NCBI GenBank assembly: GCA_965649765.1
Contig: OZ287753.1
Span: 70,246,001 to 70,310,000, forward strand
DNA from: Bispira polyomma
Taxonomy: Eukaryota
Length of the DNA: 64,000 nt
Direction: 5' to 3'
This document shows, piece after piece, positions 27,501-39,706 of this stretch; positions within the stretch are counted from its first letter, which is position 1, and every line of letters starts with the position of its first letter. Below the pieces are notes generated by a model. That model was not told the DNA's origin. It saw nothing but the letters and a program-made list of their open reading frames with translations, and ran no database searches. The position numbers and the translations under genes are program-made.

Positions 27501-28153
27501 TTCTAAAAAAATAAATCTCTGTGAATACGACACCAGGATAAATACCTCTACTTAAGTAGGATTTCCACTTGAACAGGTAGATTTTAAAGAAAATGTTTTT
27601 GTGGGGCTATAGAGTTATTCCTACATAAAAGAGAAATTGAGTTAACAGAGTTCTATATGAAAGGGTTTGAATGGTATTGTAAAATGACTTTGATTATGGA
27701 TGCTTACCTAACGAACATTCGATGGTTGGGTTTCTTGTGGGAATGTTTTAAGATCACCTTAGTTTGTAAAAACTGAGCCCAAGAAAGACTATAATCTTAC
27801 TTTATACTGGGTGTTTTCCTTCATTGACTAGATGTACATACTGTATACACCAGCAGTATTTTTTGTTGATCTACAGTAGCTACAAATATACATGTGTGCC
27901 ATTTTTAGTTTACACATCCCAATAAATGGTGTCTAATTTAATATTAATACACATTGTAACGGTCAGTCATCATGATAGAGGATTAAAACAAAGTAAGATT
28001 GTCGTATATGTAAGAAATGTGCATTTAATTAATATAAGGTTAATATAAGGTTATAGTGGAGGAGTTGAGGTTGTCTGGAAGGTTATTAACTTGAACCCAC
28101 ACATAAAAGCCACGATACAAGAAGTACTGTTTATTACGGAATCATGGTTAGTA

Positions 28154-28731
28154 CTATACCTCGGACAATTGCTTGGAGTGGAGTGGATTCGGATACCGCC
28201 CTGCAAAACTGCCCTGGTGTTTTATTGATGATTTTCCCAAAAATGTCAATTAGTTAAATGGATGTATCCATGTGAATATTTTATATTCGTTTTTGGTATG
28301 ATCAGAAAGCTTTTATTATGTACAATTGAATACAACTAAATGGTTATGAGTAATTCCAGTTAATAAGTAACTCCTTTGAACTTAAACTTTCTCAGCTGTT
28401 ATATGAGCAATTTTTACTCTGTAAAAAGTACCAGATAACCAATACATCTATACAAACGTATAAAGAACTACAGGTTTACCACAAAAGGCTGGAAACAAAA
28501 AAAAAGAACTACAAAACACCACAAAAATACCACAAAGATATTTGAATTTTTTTTAAATTAACAAGCTACATAATAACAGCTTTGTATTTATACTAAAACG
28601 AATATTTTAGGTAAAGTATTCATATAGATACATCTCTTTAATCAATTGGCCCAGTAAACTGCAGTGTGTATTAAACAAATATCAAATTACCGCCCTACCG
28701 CTATGCTCCAGTGTAATTGTCCGAGTTATAG
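28154..28731. mobile_element. MITE with imperfect TIRs, TA-flanked (may extend to ~28125-28758)
   Basis: ctatacctcggacaattgcttggag vs reverse complement ctataactcggacaattacactggag. Confidence 0.65.
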
Positions 28732-28869
28732 TAACCCCGAATCAGCCATGATCAGTACATACTAAAATTTGTACATCTCAACATATCCTCTTCATATTTT
28801 TTTTATTTATTTATTTTTTTAAAGAAAAAAAAGAGAGAAAACAATTTTACAATGTTCATAAAAATGTAT

Positions 28870-29580
28870 AATCATTACAGTTTTCGGTGTTTTTCTTTGA
28901 CAAAGTGTCTTCTAGAAGATCAACTTCTATGTAGTCTAAATAGTGATCAACTGTCACCAAATAATTTATGCCATTGTATGTGCATATGTCTATGTCTATG
29001 ATATTCAGGAATCGGCCAGGACAGTATTTGCTCTGGCCTGTTTTCCTTGGAATATTGAGCATACATTGCACATTTGCTACAAGTATCTCTTATGGCTGCC
29101 AGCATGCCAGGCCAAATTATTATGTTTTTGCACATTCGTATATTACTATCTGCTCCAATGTGTAATCCATGTATTTGTTGGAGCATTTGTTTTTGCATAC
29201 TTGCTGGTATTACAGCCTGGTGACCACGATAAACTATCCCATCCACAATTGACATTTCGTCACAGAATCCCCAATACGGATTGAGCACTTCTGCGAGATC
29301 GTGTTTATTGTTTAACCAGCCATAGTGAATTGCACTTGCAAATAAACTCATGATAGGGTCATGCCTGGTGGCCATTTGTAATTCCATGCTTGTTTTTGTG
29401 AAATTTGGATTCTGAATCTCATCTGAATCTTTCACAGTCAACTGAAATGTTTCAAAAAATGTTTGTTTTGATTCATTTTTGTTTGGTAGAGGTGATCATG
29501 ATTAGGTATCAGCTAGGACTATTGACTTACCCTTCTTGTGTATAACATTCAGAGAATATCTCTAGCTTTTGAAGTCTATA
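28870..29580 (-). mobile_element. Ty3/Gypsy pol fragment (RNase H end, integrase zinc-binding domain and core start), decayed
   Basis: YSLNVIHKKGKSIVLADT; GIVYRGHQAVIP...QIHGLHIG...WPGM...CSKC; NYLVTVDHY..YIEV. Frameshifted, no LTRs seen. Confidence 0.85.
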
Positions 29581-30503
29581 TACCAGTATGATGTACTTGT
29601 TTGAATAACAGAATTCCACTCAACAGAAGTGATTTTAAGCCTTAATGAATTGTGTATTATGTGTATTTTATGCTTCGTTCCAAATTAAATAAACCTATAA
29701 CAATACATTATTACATACATACCAGCGATGATATTCTTAAAATAAACCCATGCTTAAACTCTCACTGACAACTGTAATAGTTTAAGTTAAATAAAAAATG
29801 GAAGAAATGAATTAATTTAAAGTATTTATTTGACAAGCAAAGGGATATGATGACATCACTTGTCTCCTTATACATGTCAGTGCAACACAAGACGCAGTAG
29901 GCTTGAAAATGCTTTTTAAGTCTTCCGACCTTTGTATAATCAGTTCACAGGTCAAAAAGACATTTTAACAATAGCTTTTACCTATTTGCCAAAGCTTTTC
30001 CACCATATAGCTTCGTTACCTTTTCTCCATGGTCATGACCCTTGTATGTCCAATGGCTATATAAAATTATCAAAATGATTTTCTGTCGCATGCACCTTAG
30101 AATCTGCTAGTACAGAGATAAGCACTATAAAAGTTAAATCAGGTTAGATTACATGTACCAAAAGATTTGCTGCATTAAGGCCATTATGTTGTAACCTATT
30201 TCCAGTCTTTGTAATTTTGATGCTAATATATTTTTATTACCTAATAAATAAAGCTAACAAAAGGGTCATTGTTTATTCAAAGTCCCTTCTAAACAATCCA
30301 TCTTTATTGTATCAGCATAAAAAGCATATCTTTTGAAAGGTAATTTATCGTTTTTAAAAACCTGAATTCTTCCGAAACTATATATAAAAGATAAAAAAGG
30401 CTGTGGTATCATTTTATGGTCGGAGAAATAGGACTCCTGTGCATGTTTTATCTATTTCAAATATGTAAATTAGTTGTTCAAAACTTCAGTACAACACGTT
30501 CAC

Positions 30504-30850
30504 TTCGTATTTTGTTTAAAATTCATGGAACCACTTTTTTAAAAGCTATAACCTCTCAAAAGTCCTCCTACCTTGCTGCTCGTCTTCAATTACCGTAAAA
30601 GACGAAAGATACTTTCTGTTTCCTCTGTAAACTTATCAAAAGGGCTGGATCTGGAGCTTTCTCTTTTGCTACCCCTCTGTTGAGCTTAGATCACTTCAAA
30701 CTCACCCTCCCCTCTCTTAGTTTCCTCCTTGGACACCTCCACATCCTTCATTTTGACCCTGCTATGTTTTTGGACTTCTCTATTGGTTAGCCGATGCTCC
30801 TGTTGCACTTTACAAGATGCCTCACATCAATAAGGCTCATTAAAAATCCA
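30504..30850 (+). mobile_element. L2-clade LINE 3' fragment (paralog at ~34770-35180)
   Basis: RILFKIH..TFLKAI; ends tcaataaggctcattaaaaatcc like the L2 3' end at 45238-45260. Confidence 0.7.
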
Positions 30851-31860
30851 TAATCCAACACAATATACGAATGGCTTTTTGTGCATATCTCATCCACGTC
30901 ATCTCCCCGATCCCGAATTTGCATAGGAAACGGACTATGCTTTTAACAACTTTTGTCAATGTTGATGTTGAGCTTTAAATATATGTAAATAGGTCATTAA
31001 TCATATATGTATGTGTACATCTGACACCAATCAGAAGGTGGGACTCTTTTATCCAAACATCTTGGGAGAGGAAGATTTTGTACGCGTAATAGAAGTCACA
31101 AAATATGTGAGATATTTCAGTACGAAACAATAGGAAAATATTAATTGGGGCAAATGAAAATTAGTTCATTGGGTCAAATATTTAGATAATATAAAAGTTT
31201 GTATAATAGAGGTTCTACTGTAAGCTCAGTAAACTAAAAATCTCAATAAAAGGGGTTATTAAACAGGCAAACTTTTGTGGTAAACAAAGTGATAAAATGT
31301 CCTTGTCTAGACAGTAAAAATATGTTTGTCCTATTTTAAAACAGTAGAATTTAATATGTAAATTTTTAAATGGAGAGCCAAATAAAAAAATGTAATAAAT
31401 GGGGACTTTAATGCACCCCCATAATCCTATGAAAAATTGTGTTTGAGAGTCTAAAAGACTTAAATAACTTAAAATTGTTGAAAAGGTAGTAAACGTCAAA
31501 CATAGAGATTAGAACAGGTCTGTTCCAAGTATCTGTTTTTCAAATTTGTATGTATCATTCACTTTTTTTTATAGTTTTTCTGTTTTATTATCTTTTTCTA
31601 TAGTATTGTATTTCAATGTCTTTTTTTATTTTAAAGTGTTTATGTTTCTTTTACTTTGTTTATAGCTTTTTTTCTTTGTGAGTTCCTATTTCAAAAGTAA
31701 CAATTTTTACACAGACACCTTTTAACAGGTTTGAATTACTACTAGCTGAAGACACTTTTAACTATAGGATCAACACCTGTGAAGATATAGACAAAGAAAA
31801 ACAAGAGGAATAAAGTAGTTCTACAAACACTTTAGTATAATATCACAACACTGAAAAGTA

Positions 31861-32287
31861 CAGAAGCCTATACATGTCATATAAGAAAAAAAATTAGCTC
31901 ATAATTTCGAGATAACACTGTGTTGAAATTACAGGATATTGTTATGTCGAAATTATAACATAGTGCTAATGCTTAATTTTAACATAGTGCTATCTCGTAA
32001 TTTCAACATAGTGCTATCTTAAAATAAATATATTAAATATATAATAAATACAGATAAATAAAAATACCTACCTCGGATGGATTTTGTATTATGGAGAAAG
32101 ATTTCCTTATGTTGAAATTGCAACAAAACCTTATTTAAAAATTACGAAATTGCGTTATGTTGAAATTACTAGATAATCTAAAGTCGTAATTAGGAGATAG
32201 CGTTGCGTCTTAATTACGACATAAGGTTATGTCATAATTGTAATTACGACATAAATTTTTTTTAGGTTTGACCTCTTTTGGCTTCTG
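31861..32287. mobile_element. TA-flanked MITE with short TIRs and internal (gtcgaaattac) repeats, present only in duplication copy A
   Basis: TA-cagaagcc...ggcttctg-TA; absent at the paralogous site ~36290. Confidence 0.7.
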
Positions 32288-33392
32288 TAGAATAAAATAG
32301 TCAATTTAAGGGGACTTGGTACACACATGTGTATGTTGTGTCCATTTATAAAACTGAGGAGCTATTTTTGAAAGAATTCGGATATGCAGATTTACAATCC
32401 CATGGTTTGGCCATGGTTTGACCTTAGTTTAATCTTTTGACCATAGCATCATAAACTTGACCTTAAAATCATTGCCTGGGCTATGTTTTATGACATACAG
32501 TATATATAACCAAACTTATATTATCCATTGACAAATGCTTTATTTTCTTCAACCATTTCTCCCGCTCTACCAAATTTCTGTTTCCCCATTCTTTGATAGA
32601 GAAATGCTATTCCTGTTATACAAACCTATTATCCTAACAAAGTCTTACAGTCCCAACAAGTTTAGACAATACATAGAGGTTATGCTGTACTTACCTAAGA
32701 AGTATTTGGTACAAACATGATATGTAGATGGCCACTGTATGATCTTAGTCTGACCTTGGGATTATGCCTTTGACTTTCAAATTGTAAGATGCAGCCGAGA
32801 CCTCATATTTGAGCTATGATGCAGCATCATGGTATGACCTCAGTCTGACCTTGTCTCAAGAACTACTTGTCAAAGGAAGTTCTTTTTTGCTACAATTATT
32901 CCTTTTGGAGATATAGGATATCCAATGCTATAATTTGAACTCCATTTTTTTCATTAACCCTCATGGGTTATGAACTAAACTTACAAATTCTTGTTCGAAC
33001 TACATCTGAGTAACAACCTGTCTAAGGAAGTATTTCATATTTGGTATTAATATGCATTTAGAGATTTTTACGTTTTTTGCATAACTTATTCACTGTAGCA
33101 CAGTGTCCTACAGTTGTTGGCTTTCGGAAAATCTTTAATGCTATTTTGTAAATGGTGATTTTGTATATATTGATAGTTTTTATAAATTTCATCTTTAATT
33201 ATGTTTGTTTCTGTTATTATAATATAATTTTCTTTACTTTTTTGTCTAAATTTATATTGTGTTTTAACAAACACTTTAGACTGATTCTGCAGAAAAAAGC
33301 ATGGGGATTTTTCCTTAGCATGATCAACTGACTCTTTCCATTAATATATTTCGTACCTTGTTAAACACCGACAGAGTGTCAAGTACAGTAAG

Positions 33393-34125
33393 ATGTCCTG
33401 CCGAGGAATGTAGGACGTTTCGGACACGGACGTTTCGGACTAGGTCATTTGGGCCCAGGACATTCCGGCCTAGGATGTTTCGAACAGGTCTTTTTTCAAG
33501 GCTGGACATTTTGGACAGATTTCTGTTAAACCATTTATTATAGATCAGTTATAACAATGGCAACTATAGCAATTATCACTCTTCTTTACACACTGAGAAT
33601 TCCTAACCCTGTTTTGGGGCTGTAGAGAAAAGCCCCAATAGAATGCTTACAAGCTGAATGTGCTCAGGTTTCTGCTGTCCTTCTTCAGGATGAGCGTTGT
33701 ATAAGACCCAAAAAGCGGACCAAGAAAATCTACACAGAACTTCAATCTAGATTGCACAATCTCTGTGAGAACAGATCTTCAGGTCGCAAGTCAATAGCAG
33801 ATTTTCTTCGGGGTGTGAGCCACAATTTGAGAGGTGGTCAGCCAAACATTTAAAATGACAGTCTTTTCAATGTACATGTATCTTGTCCAAAATGGTATTG
33901 ACAAGATTTGTTCAGTTTAAGTATAGTGATGATGAAAATAACACAACAAATGTTTTTACCAGCAATCTAATTTCATGTCTTCATTCAGAAGTCAAAATAA
34001 CTCTAAAACGTCCACTCTTGAAAAAAGGCTTGTCCGAAATGTCCTAGTCTGAAACGTCAGTGTCCGAAACGTCCGTCCACCCCTGCCAAGAGATCATGCG
34101 GTTTGTTCTGGCTTTAGCCATAGCA
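33393..34125 (+). pseudogene. Disrupted duplicate of M12B protease exon 1 (MSCQEIMRFVLALAIA), split by a transposon and lacking a donor site
   Basis: aagtacagtaagATG context and gttctggctttagccatagcaa match 38770-38830; homology stops at 34125. Confidence 0.8.
33406..34081 (+). mobile_element. Mutator (MULE, Phantom-like) non-autonomous element with 9 bp TSD
   Basis: TSD cctgccgag/cctgccaag; imperfect TIRs built of ggacgtttcggac sub-repeats; internal PKKRTKKIYTELQSRLHNLCENRSSGRKSIADFLRGVSHNL resembles a MULE transposase C-terminus. Confidence 0.82.
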
Positions 34126-36083
34126 AAAATGGGCCAAATTTAGAAAGAAACCACAACTCCCTATAATTTTAACCCAACATATTAATAAAATGATACATCA
34201 AATAAAACAAAATCTTGTAAGTAGGTATTAAATAGAGTTCCTAATGGGACTGGTTTAAATAATCTGAATGATCTGAATGATCCTTTCAGTGACCTTTAAA
34301 CACAGGTCACAGGAAACATAACACTTAAACATACACGCGTACACATCAGTTGTTCATTTCATCCATACACATCAATGAAGCAAGATAATTGGTTTTATAT
34401 ACAGTCTTTAAGGGACAGCTTTCTTATTTATGTTCCAACTATTCTAATTCTAACTTCAATTTGATACCAAATAACCAATCTTTACGCTGAAAACAGATAG
34501 AACTACATTTCCAGCTACCTCCACTGTCCGTATTTGTCACATATTTCTACCAGAGTGCTTTTTGACAGAAACTCCATAACGTACACACATCTATGGAAAC
34601 ACTATAAAGAGTACCGATGACATCTACAGCTTTTACGCATATCACTGTGGCTGACTCTCTTGTTAGCAGCCATATAGACTACTGCAATTCCCTTCCAATT
34701 GGAGCCAAAAAGTCCCACATAAACAAGTTGCAGTCTATGCAAAACTATCTGTCTCCATTTTTTTAATTGGGATCTGTTTTGATGTCTCTCCATACCTAAA
34801 GAAAATACATTGGCTTCCCATTTATTGTCGTATTTTGTTTAAAATTCATGTGACAATTTTTTGAAAGCTGTTATCTCTTACCAGCCGTCCTAGCTTGCTG
34901 TTCGCATTGCCTCTAGTAACCTTAGAAGGGGAAAGAGATTTTCCGTTTTCTCTGTAAAACTTATCAAGAGGGCTGGATCTAGAGTTTTCTCTCTATGCTG
35001 TGGAACAGTCTGTTGAGCTTAGACCACTTCAAACTGACCTACCCCCCCCCCCCTTAGTTCCCTCCCTGTACACACCCACATCCTTCATTATGACCTTGCT
35101 ATGTTTTTTTTACTTCTTTATTGGATAACCGATTCTACTGTTTCATATTAGAACATTAGATCAATAAGGCTCATTAAAATCCATACAATACAATATGTGG
35201 ATGGCTTTTTATCTATGTCTTGTCCACTTCACCTCCCCGATCCTGGATTTACTTTGGAAACTGACTGTGATTTTGACAACTTTATCAATATTGATTTTGC
35301 GCTTTAGAAGATGCCTGGCATCAATCATTAGGCACACAGAGATCTATCATATCATATTTGTCACTATTATATCATATTATGTATGGAAAGGGGCCATTAG
35401 TCTACATCTGACACTAAGCAGAAGGTACTTTGGTACATGCTTTCTCTTACATTGTAGAAATCAAATAATCAAAACCTTTTATGCAGAACTCTGTTAAGTC
35501 AAGTTCCCTTTTTTGTGGAAAAATATTTGTAGTCACATACAGGTCTGTTCTTTTGACATTTACCTTGTCAATTAGACATCCTGCTTAAGTAGAGAAATGT
35601 TCTCTAGTACCGTGAGGTTCGACTTAAAGGGGTTTTCAACTGTATTCAATAAGCTAAAGATGTCTATAAAAGGACTTGCATTTGAATAACCTTTGTGGTA
35701 AACAAAGTGATAAAATATCTTTGTCTAGACAGTAAAAATTTGTTTGTCCCATTTTATGTATATTTAGATGGAGAGCCAAATAAAAACAAATAATAAATGG
35801 GGACTTCAATGCACCCTCTTAATCATATATAAAGTTGTTTTTGAGAGTCAAAAAGACTTTAATAACTTAAAATTGTGGAAAAGGTAGTAAACGTCAAATA
35901 TAGAGATTATGCCACCCAGTGCATTAGAAGAAAAGATTTACAACTGGTCTGTTCCAAGTATCTGTTTTTAAAAGTTGTATGTATCATTCACTTTTATTAT
36001 AGTCTTTCTGTTTTAATATCCTTGTTTATAGTTTTGTGTTTCAATGTCTTTTTCATTTTAAATTTTTTTTTTTTTGTTTCCTG

Positions 36084-37495
36084 TACTTTGTTTGAATGTT
36101 TTTCTCTTTGTGAGTTCATATTTAAAAAGTAGCATTTTTTGCACAGACACCTTTTAACAGGTTTAAGTTACAACTAGCTGAAGACACTTTTAACTATAGG
36201 ATCAACACCTGTGGAGATATAGACAAAGAAAAACAAGAGGAATAGACAAGTTCTACAAAAACTTTAGTATAATATTACAACACTAAAAAGGGTAGTCAAT
36301 TTAGGGGGACCTGGTCGACACGGTGAATGAATTTTTGCCCTTCAGGAACTTTGCCCTTCAGGAACCTAGCCCTTCAGAACATTGCCCTTCAGGAACATTT
36401 CCCTTCACTAAAATGGAGGGGTAGGAACTTTGCACTTCACATGAAAGAAAATTTGTTATTAGAAAAATTGCCCTTCACATTAAAAAAAAGTTTTATTGGT
36501 ATTAATTGCATACTACTTATAACACTGTTTTAGTAGTGAGCACTGTTATTATAACTTAAAAACAAAAGTATATGACAAGGGAATGTGTTATATTCCACTT
36601 AGAATTGGATTGGATTGAAGGTAAAAAGGTTGAAAGGCTCTCCCAAAATTACAATTGCAATAAACAGTTACTGAATGTTTCTTTCCTACTGTGCCACTCA
36701 TAATAATGTTATAAATGATATAAGAGGGAATAAAAAAGGTGATTAACTTTCCAGAGCAGTTATCTGAGAGAAATTAATTAATCAAAGGTACTTTGAGAAA
36801 CAGTTTCCTGAGCAGTTATCAAAGAGAAATTTATAAATCAAAGGTTATTTTAAAAACAGTTTCCTGACCAGTTATCTGAGAGAAATTAATAAATCAAAGG
36901 TTATTTGAAAAACAGTTTCTTGAGCAGTTATCTGAGAGAAATTAATAAATCAAATATTATTTAAGAAACAGTTTCCTGAGCAGTACTTTTTTAAGGCACA
37001 TTAGTAAATCAAAGAATTTTAAAGAATCTTTCATTAGATTTTCGTCAAAGAAAATATAGTTTATACACACATGGCTTCCCAAAAGAAACACTATTTTTAG
37101 TAAATCAAAGGATTTTAAAGAATCTTTCATTAGATTCTCATCAAAGAAAATATAATTTATACACACATGGCTCCCCATAAGAAACACTATTGTAGAGAAG
37201 ATAGACCCTTTAAAGGTACTTGGCTTTTTTAATTAAGAAAATTATAATTAAGAAAGTTATTCTTTTACTTTGTTTAAAGGTTTTTCTCTTTGTGAGTTCA
37301 TATTTAAAAAGTAGCATTTTTTGCACAGACACCTTTTAACAGGTTTAAGTTACAACTAGCTGAAGACACTTTTAACTATAGGATCAACACCTGTGGAGAT
37401 ATAGACAAAGAAAAACAAGAGGAATAGACAAGTTCTACAAAAACTTTAGTATAATATTACAACACTAAAAAGGGTAGTCAATTTAGGGGGACCTG
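36084..37495. repeat. ~230 bp near-identical direct repeat (36084-36313 = 37266-37495) flanking a repeat-rich insert
   Basis: Constant offset 1182. The insert holds 15 bp (gaactttgcccttca) repeats at 36330-36410, ~55 bp repeats at 36745-36985 and two 96 bp repeats at 37000-37190. Confidence 0.9.
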
Positions 37496-38781
37496 ACAGA
37501 CACATGTTTATGTTCATTTTCATTCTTGTCTATTTATAAATCTTAGGAGCTATTTTTGAAAACATTTGAGTATACAGATTTACAATCCCATGGTTTGGCC
37601 ATGGTTTGAACTCATTTTGACCTTTTGACCATGGCATCATAAACTTGACCGTAAAATCATCGAAGTGACTCGGCTACTCTTGTCGGGAACCCATCCATCA
37701 CATTGTGTGACCATTGTCGGTAAAACAATCTGTTGTCGGTGAAACAAGTGGCGGATTAATTTGAATATATGAGTAGATAGTGACCAATACTGACCAGTAA
37801 TGTTGAATTTAAGTAGTTAGGCAATTAAAAATTCAAACCCTCCATTTAGAAATCACAAACGGCAATTTGAAGTTGACATCATAAATTCATTCCCTAGGCT
37901 ATGTTTTATGACATACAGTATATATAACCAAACTTATATTATCCATTGACAAATATTTTATTTTCTTCACCCATTTTCTTCCTCTCCACCAAATTTCTGT
38001 TTCCCCATTGTTTGATAGAGATAGTCTTACACTTCCAACAAGTTCAGATAATAAATAGAGGTAATACTGTACTTACCTAAGAAGTATTTGGTACAAACAT
38101 GATATGTAGATGGCCATTGTATGATCTCAGTCTGACCTCGGGATTATGCCTTTGACTTTCCAATTGTAAGATACAGCCGAGATCTCATATTTGAGCTATG
38201 ATGCAGCATCATGGTATAACCTCAGTCTGACCTTGTCTCAAGAACTACTTGTCAAAGTAAGTTCTTTTTTGCTACAATTATTCCTTTTGGAGATATAGGA
38301 TATCCAATGCTATAATTTGAACTCCATTTTCTTCATTAACCCTCATGGGTTATGAACTAAACTTACAAATTCTTGTTCGAACTACATCTGAGTAACAACC
38401 TGTCTAAGGAAGTATTTCATATTTGGTATTAATATGCATTTAGAGATTTTTACGTTTTTTGCATAACTTATTCACTGTAGCACAGTGTCCTACAGTTGTT
38501 GGCATTCGACAAATCATTGATGCTATTTTCTAGATGGTGTTTTTGTATATATTGATGTTTTTATAAATTCCATCTTTGGATAGGATTGTTTCTGTTATTA
38601 TAATAAAATTTCCTTCGCATTTTTGTCTTCATTTAGCAGATAAGTTATTCTGTAAATAAGTTATCGCAAACTATGGAGATATTGTCTTTGCATGGTCTTT
38701 TTCATGTCTTTGCAACTGACTTTTTGTATTTATATATTTATACCTTGTTATACACAGAGATAGAGCATCAAGTACAGTAAG

Positions 38782-38848
38782 ATGTTCTACCAAAAGACCA
38801 TGCTGCTTGTTTTGGCTTTAGCCATAGCAAGGACTACTGCTGCTGCCG
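38782..38848 (+). CDS. M12B protease exon 1, signal peptide (MFYQKTMLLVLALAIARTTAAA)
   Basis: ATG, hydrophobic core, AxA cleavage pattern, g|gtgagt donor; phase 1 matches exon 2. Confidence 0.8.
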
Positions 38849-39665
38849 GTGAGTGTGTACATTGTATCACATTTATTGTATTGTACGTGGTAAATTTTTA
38901 ACGTGACTTATTGATGCCAGGCATGTTCTAAAGTGTAACAGCAGAATTGATGAACCAATTAGGCAATGGCATGTTCGTATATTGCGTAAGGATATTATGC
39001 CAAACTAACCATTATGGTGTTGAGAGTAGTTGAATCAAGGACCTGTATTTCACCAGACCAACTCACCAGCTGGGAGTCAAACCAGACACACCACCCAAAG
39101 CCACTAGACTATGAGAGACTATAATAAACAGAACATATAAACTGTAAAATAGACAAAAGCAGTTGCAACCAATAACTCACACATTGTGGAACTATATTGA
39201 CAATTACACTTGCCATAGATACTTTATATGGAAACCTGTTCAGGAGCTGCATATGGTTCATTGCATGTACAAACTCAGGGTTTACAGACACAAGAATGTA
39301 TTATGAGTGTGTATCGGAAACCATGGTAACAGAATCTAATACAATTGTCATGTTTGACCTTTCATTGTATTGTACTTCAAAGTGATACTGTGGTCATCAA
39401 GATAAATTATCAATATGTTGTGTTACTTTGAAAGCCACAAAAAGCTGTGAAGTTATATCAGTAAGGATTTGTAACATTTAGACCATTATAAGGTGATTTT
39501 CATGACCCTAAAGAGGTTCATTTTCATGAGTTTTTTCATTACATCTACTTTAGCTAAGGAAGTGAATAGTATTCCGTAATTCCCATTTAGAATTTAAAAT
39601 TTATATTACTTTTTGCATGATTATGCCAATAAGAATTGGCATAATAATGCTATCCGGGAGAAAGA

Positions 39666-39675
39666 GGGTGTGTGT

Positions 39676-39706
<31 letters not shown>
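39666..39706. repeat. (GT)n microsatellite followed by poly-G
   Basis: Read directly. Confidence 0.95.

Larger units (their letters stand above)
30504..34125 (+). repeat. Segmental duplication copy A (paralog of 34828-38830, the promoter and exon 1 region of the M12B gene)
   Basis: Collinear blocks 30504/34828, 31270/35690, 32300/37480, 32470/37890, 33350/38740; differs by independent insertions. Confidence 0.88.

Noticed and set aside
33324-33543. Repetitive ORFs (RNVLG/RTFRT; also 36327-36533 and 46772-46984)
   Set aside because: They are translations of transposon sub-terminal repeats or minisatellites, not independent genes.
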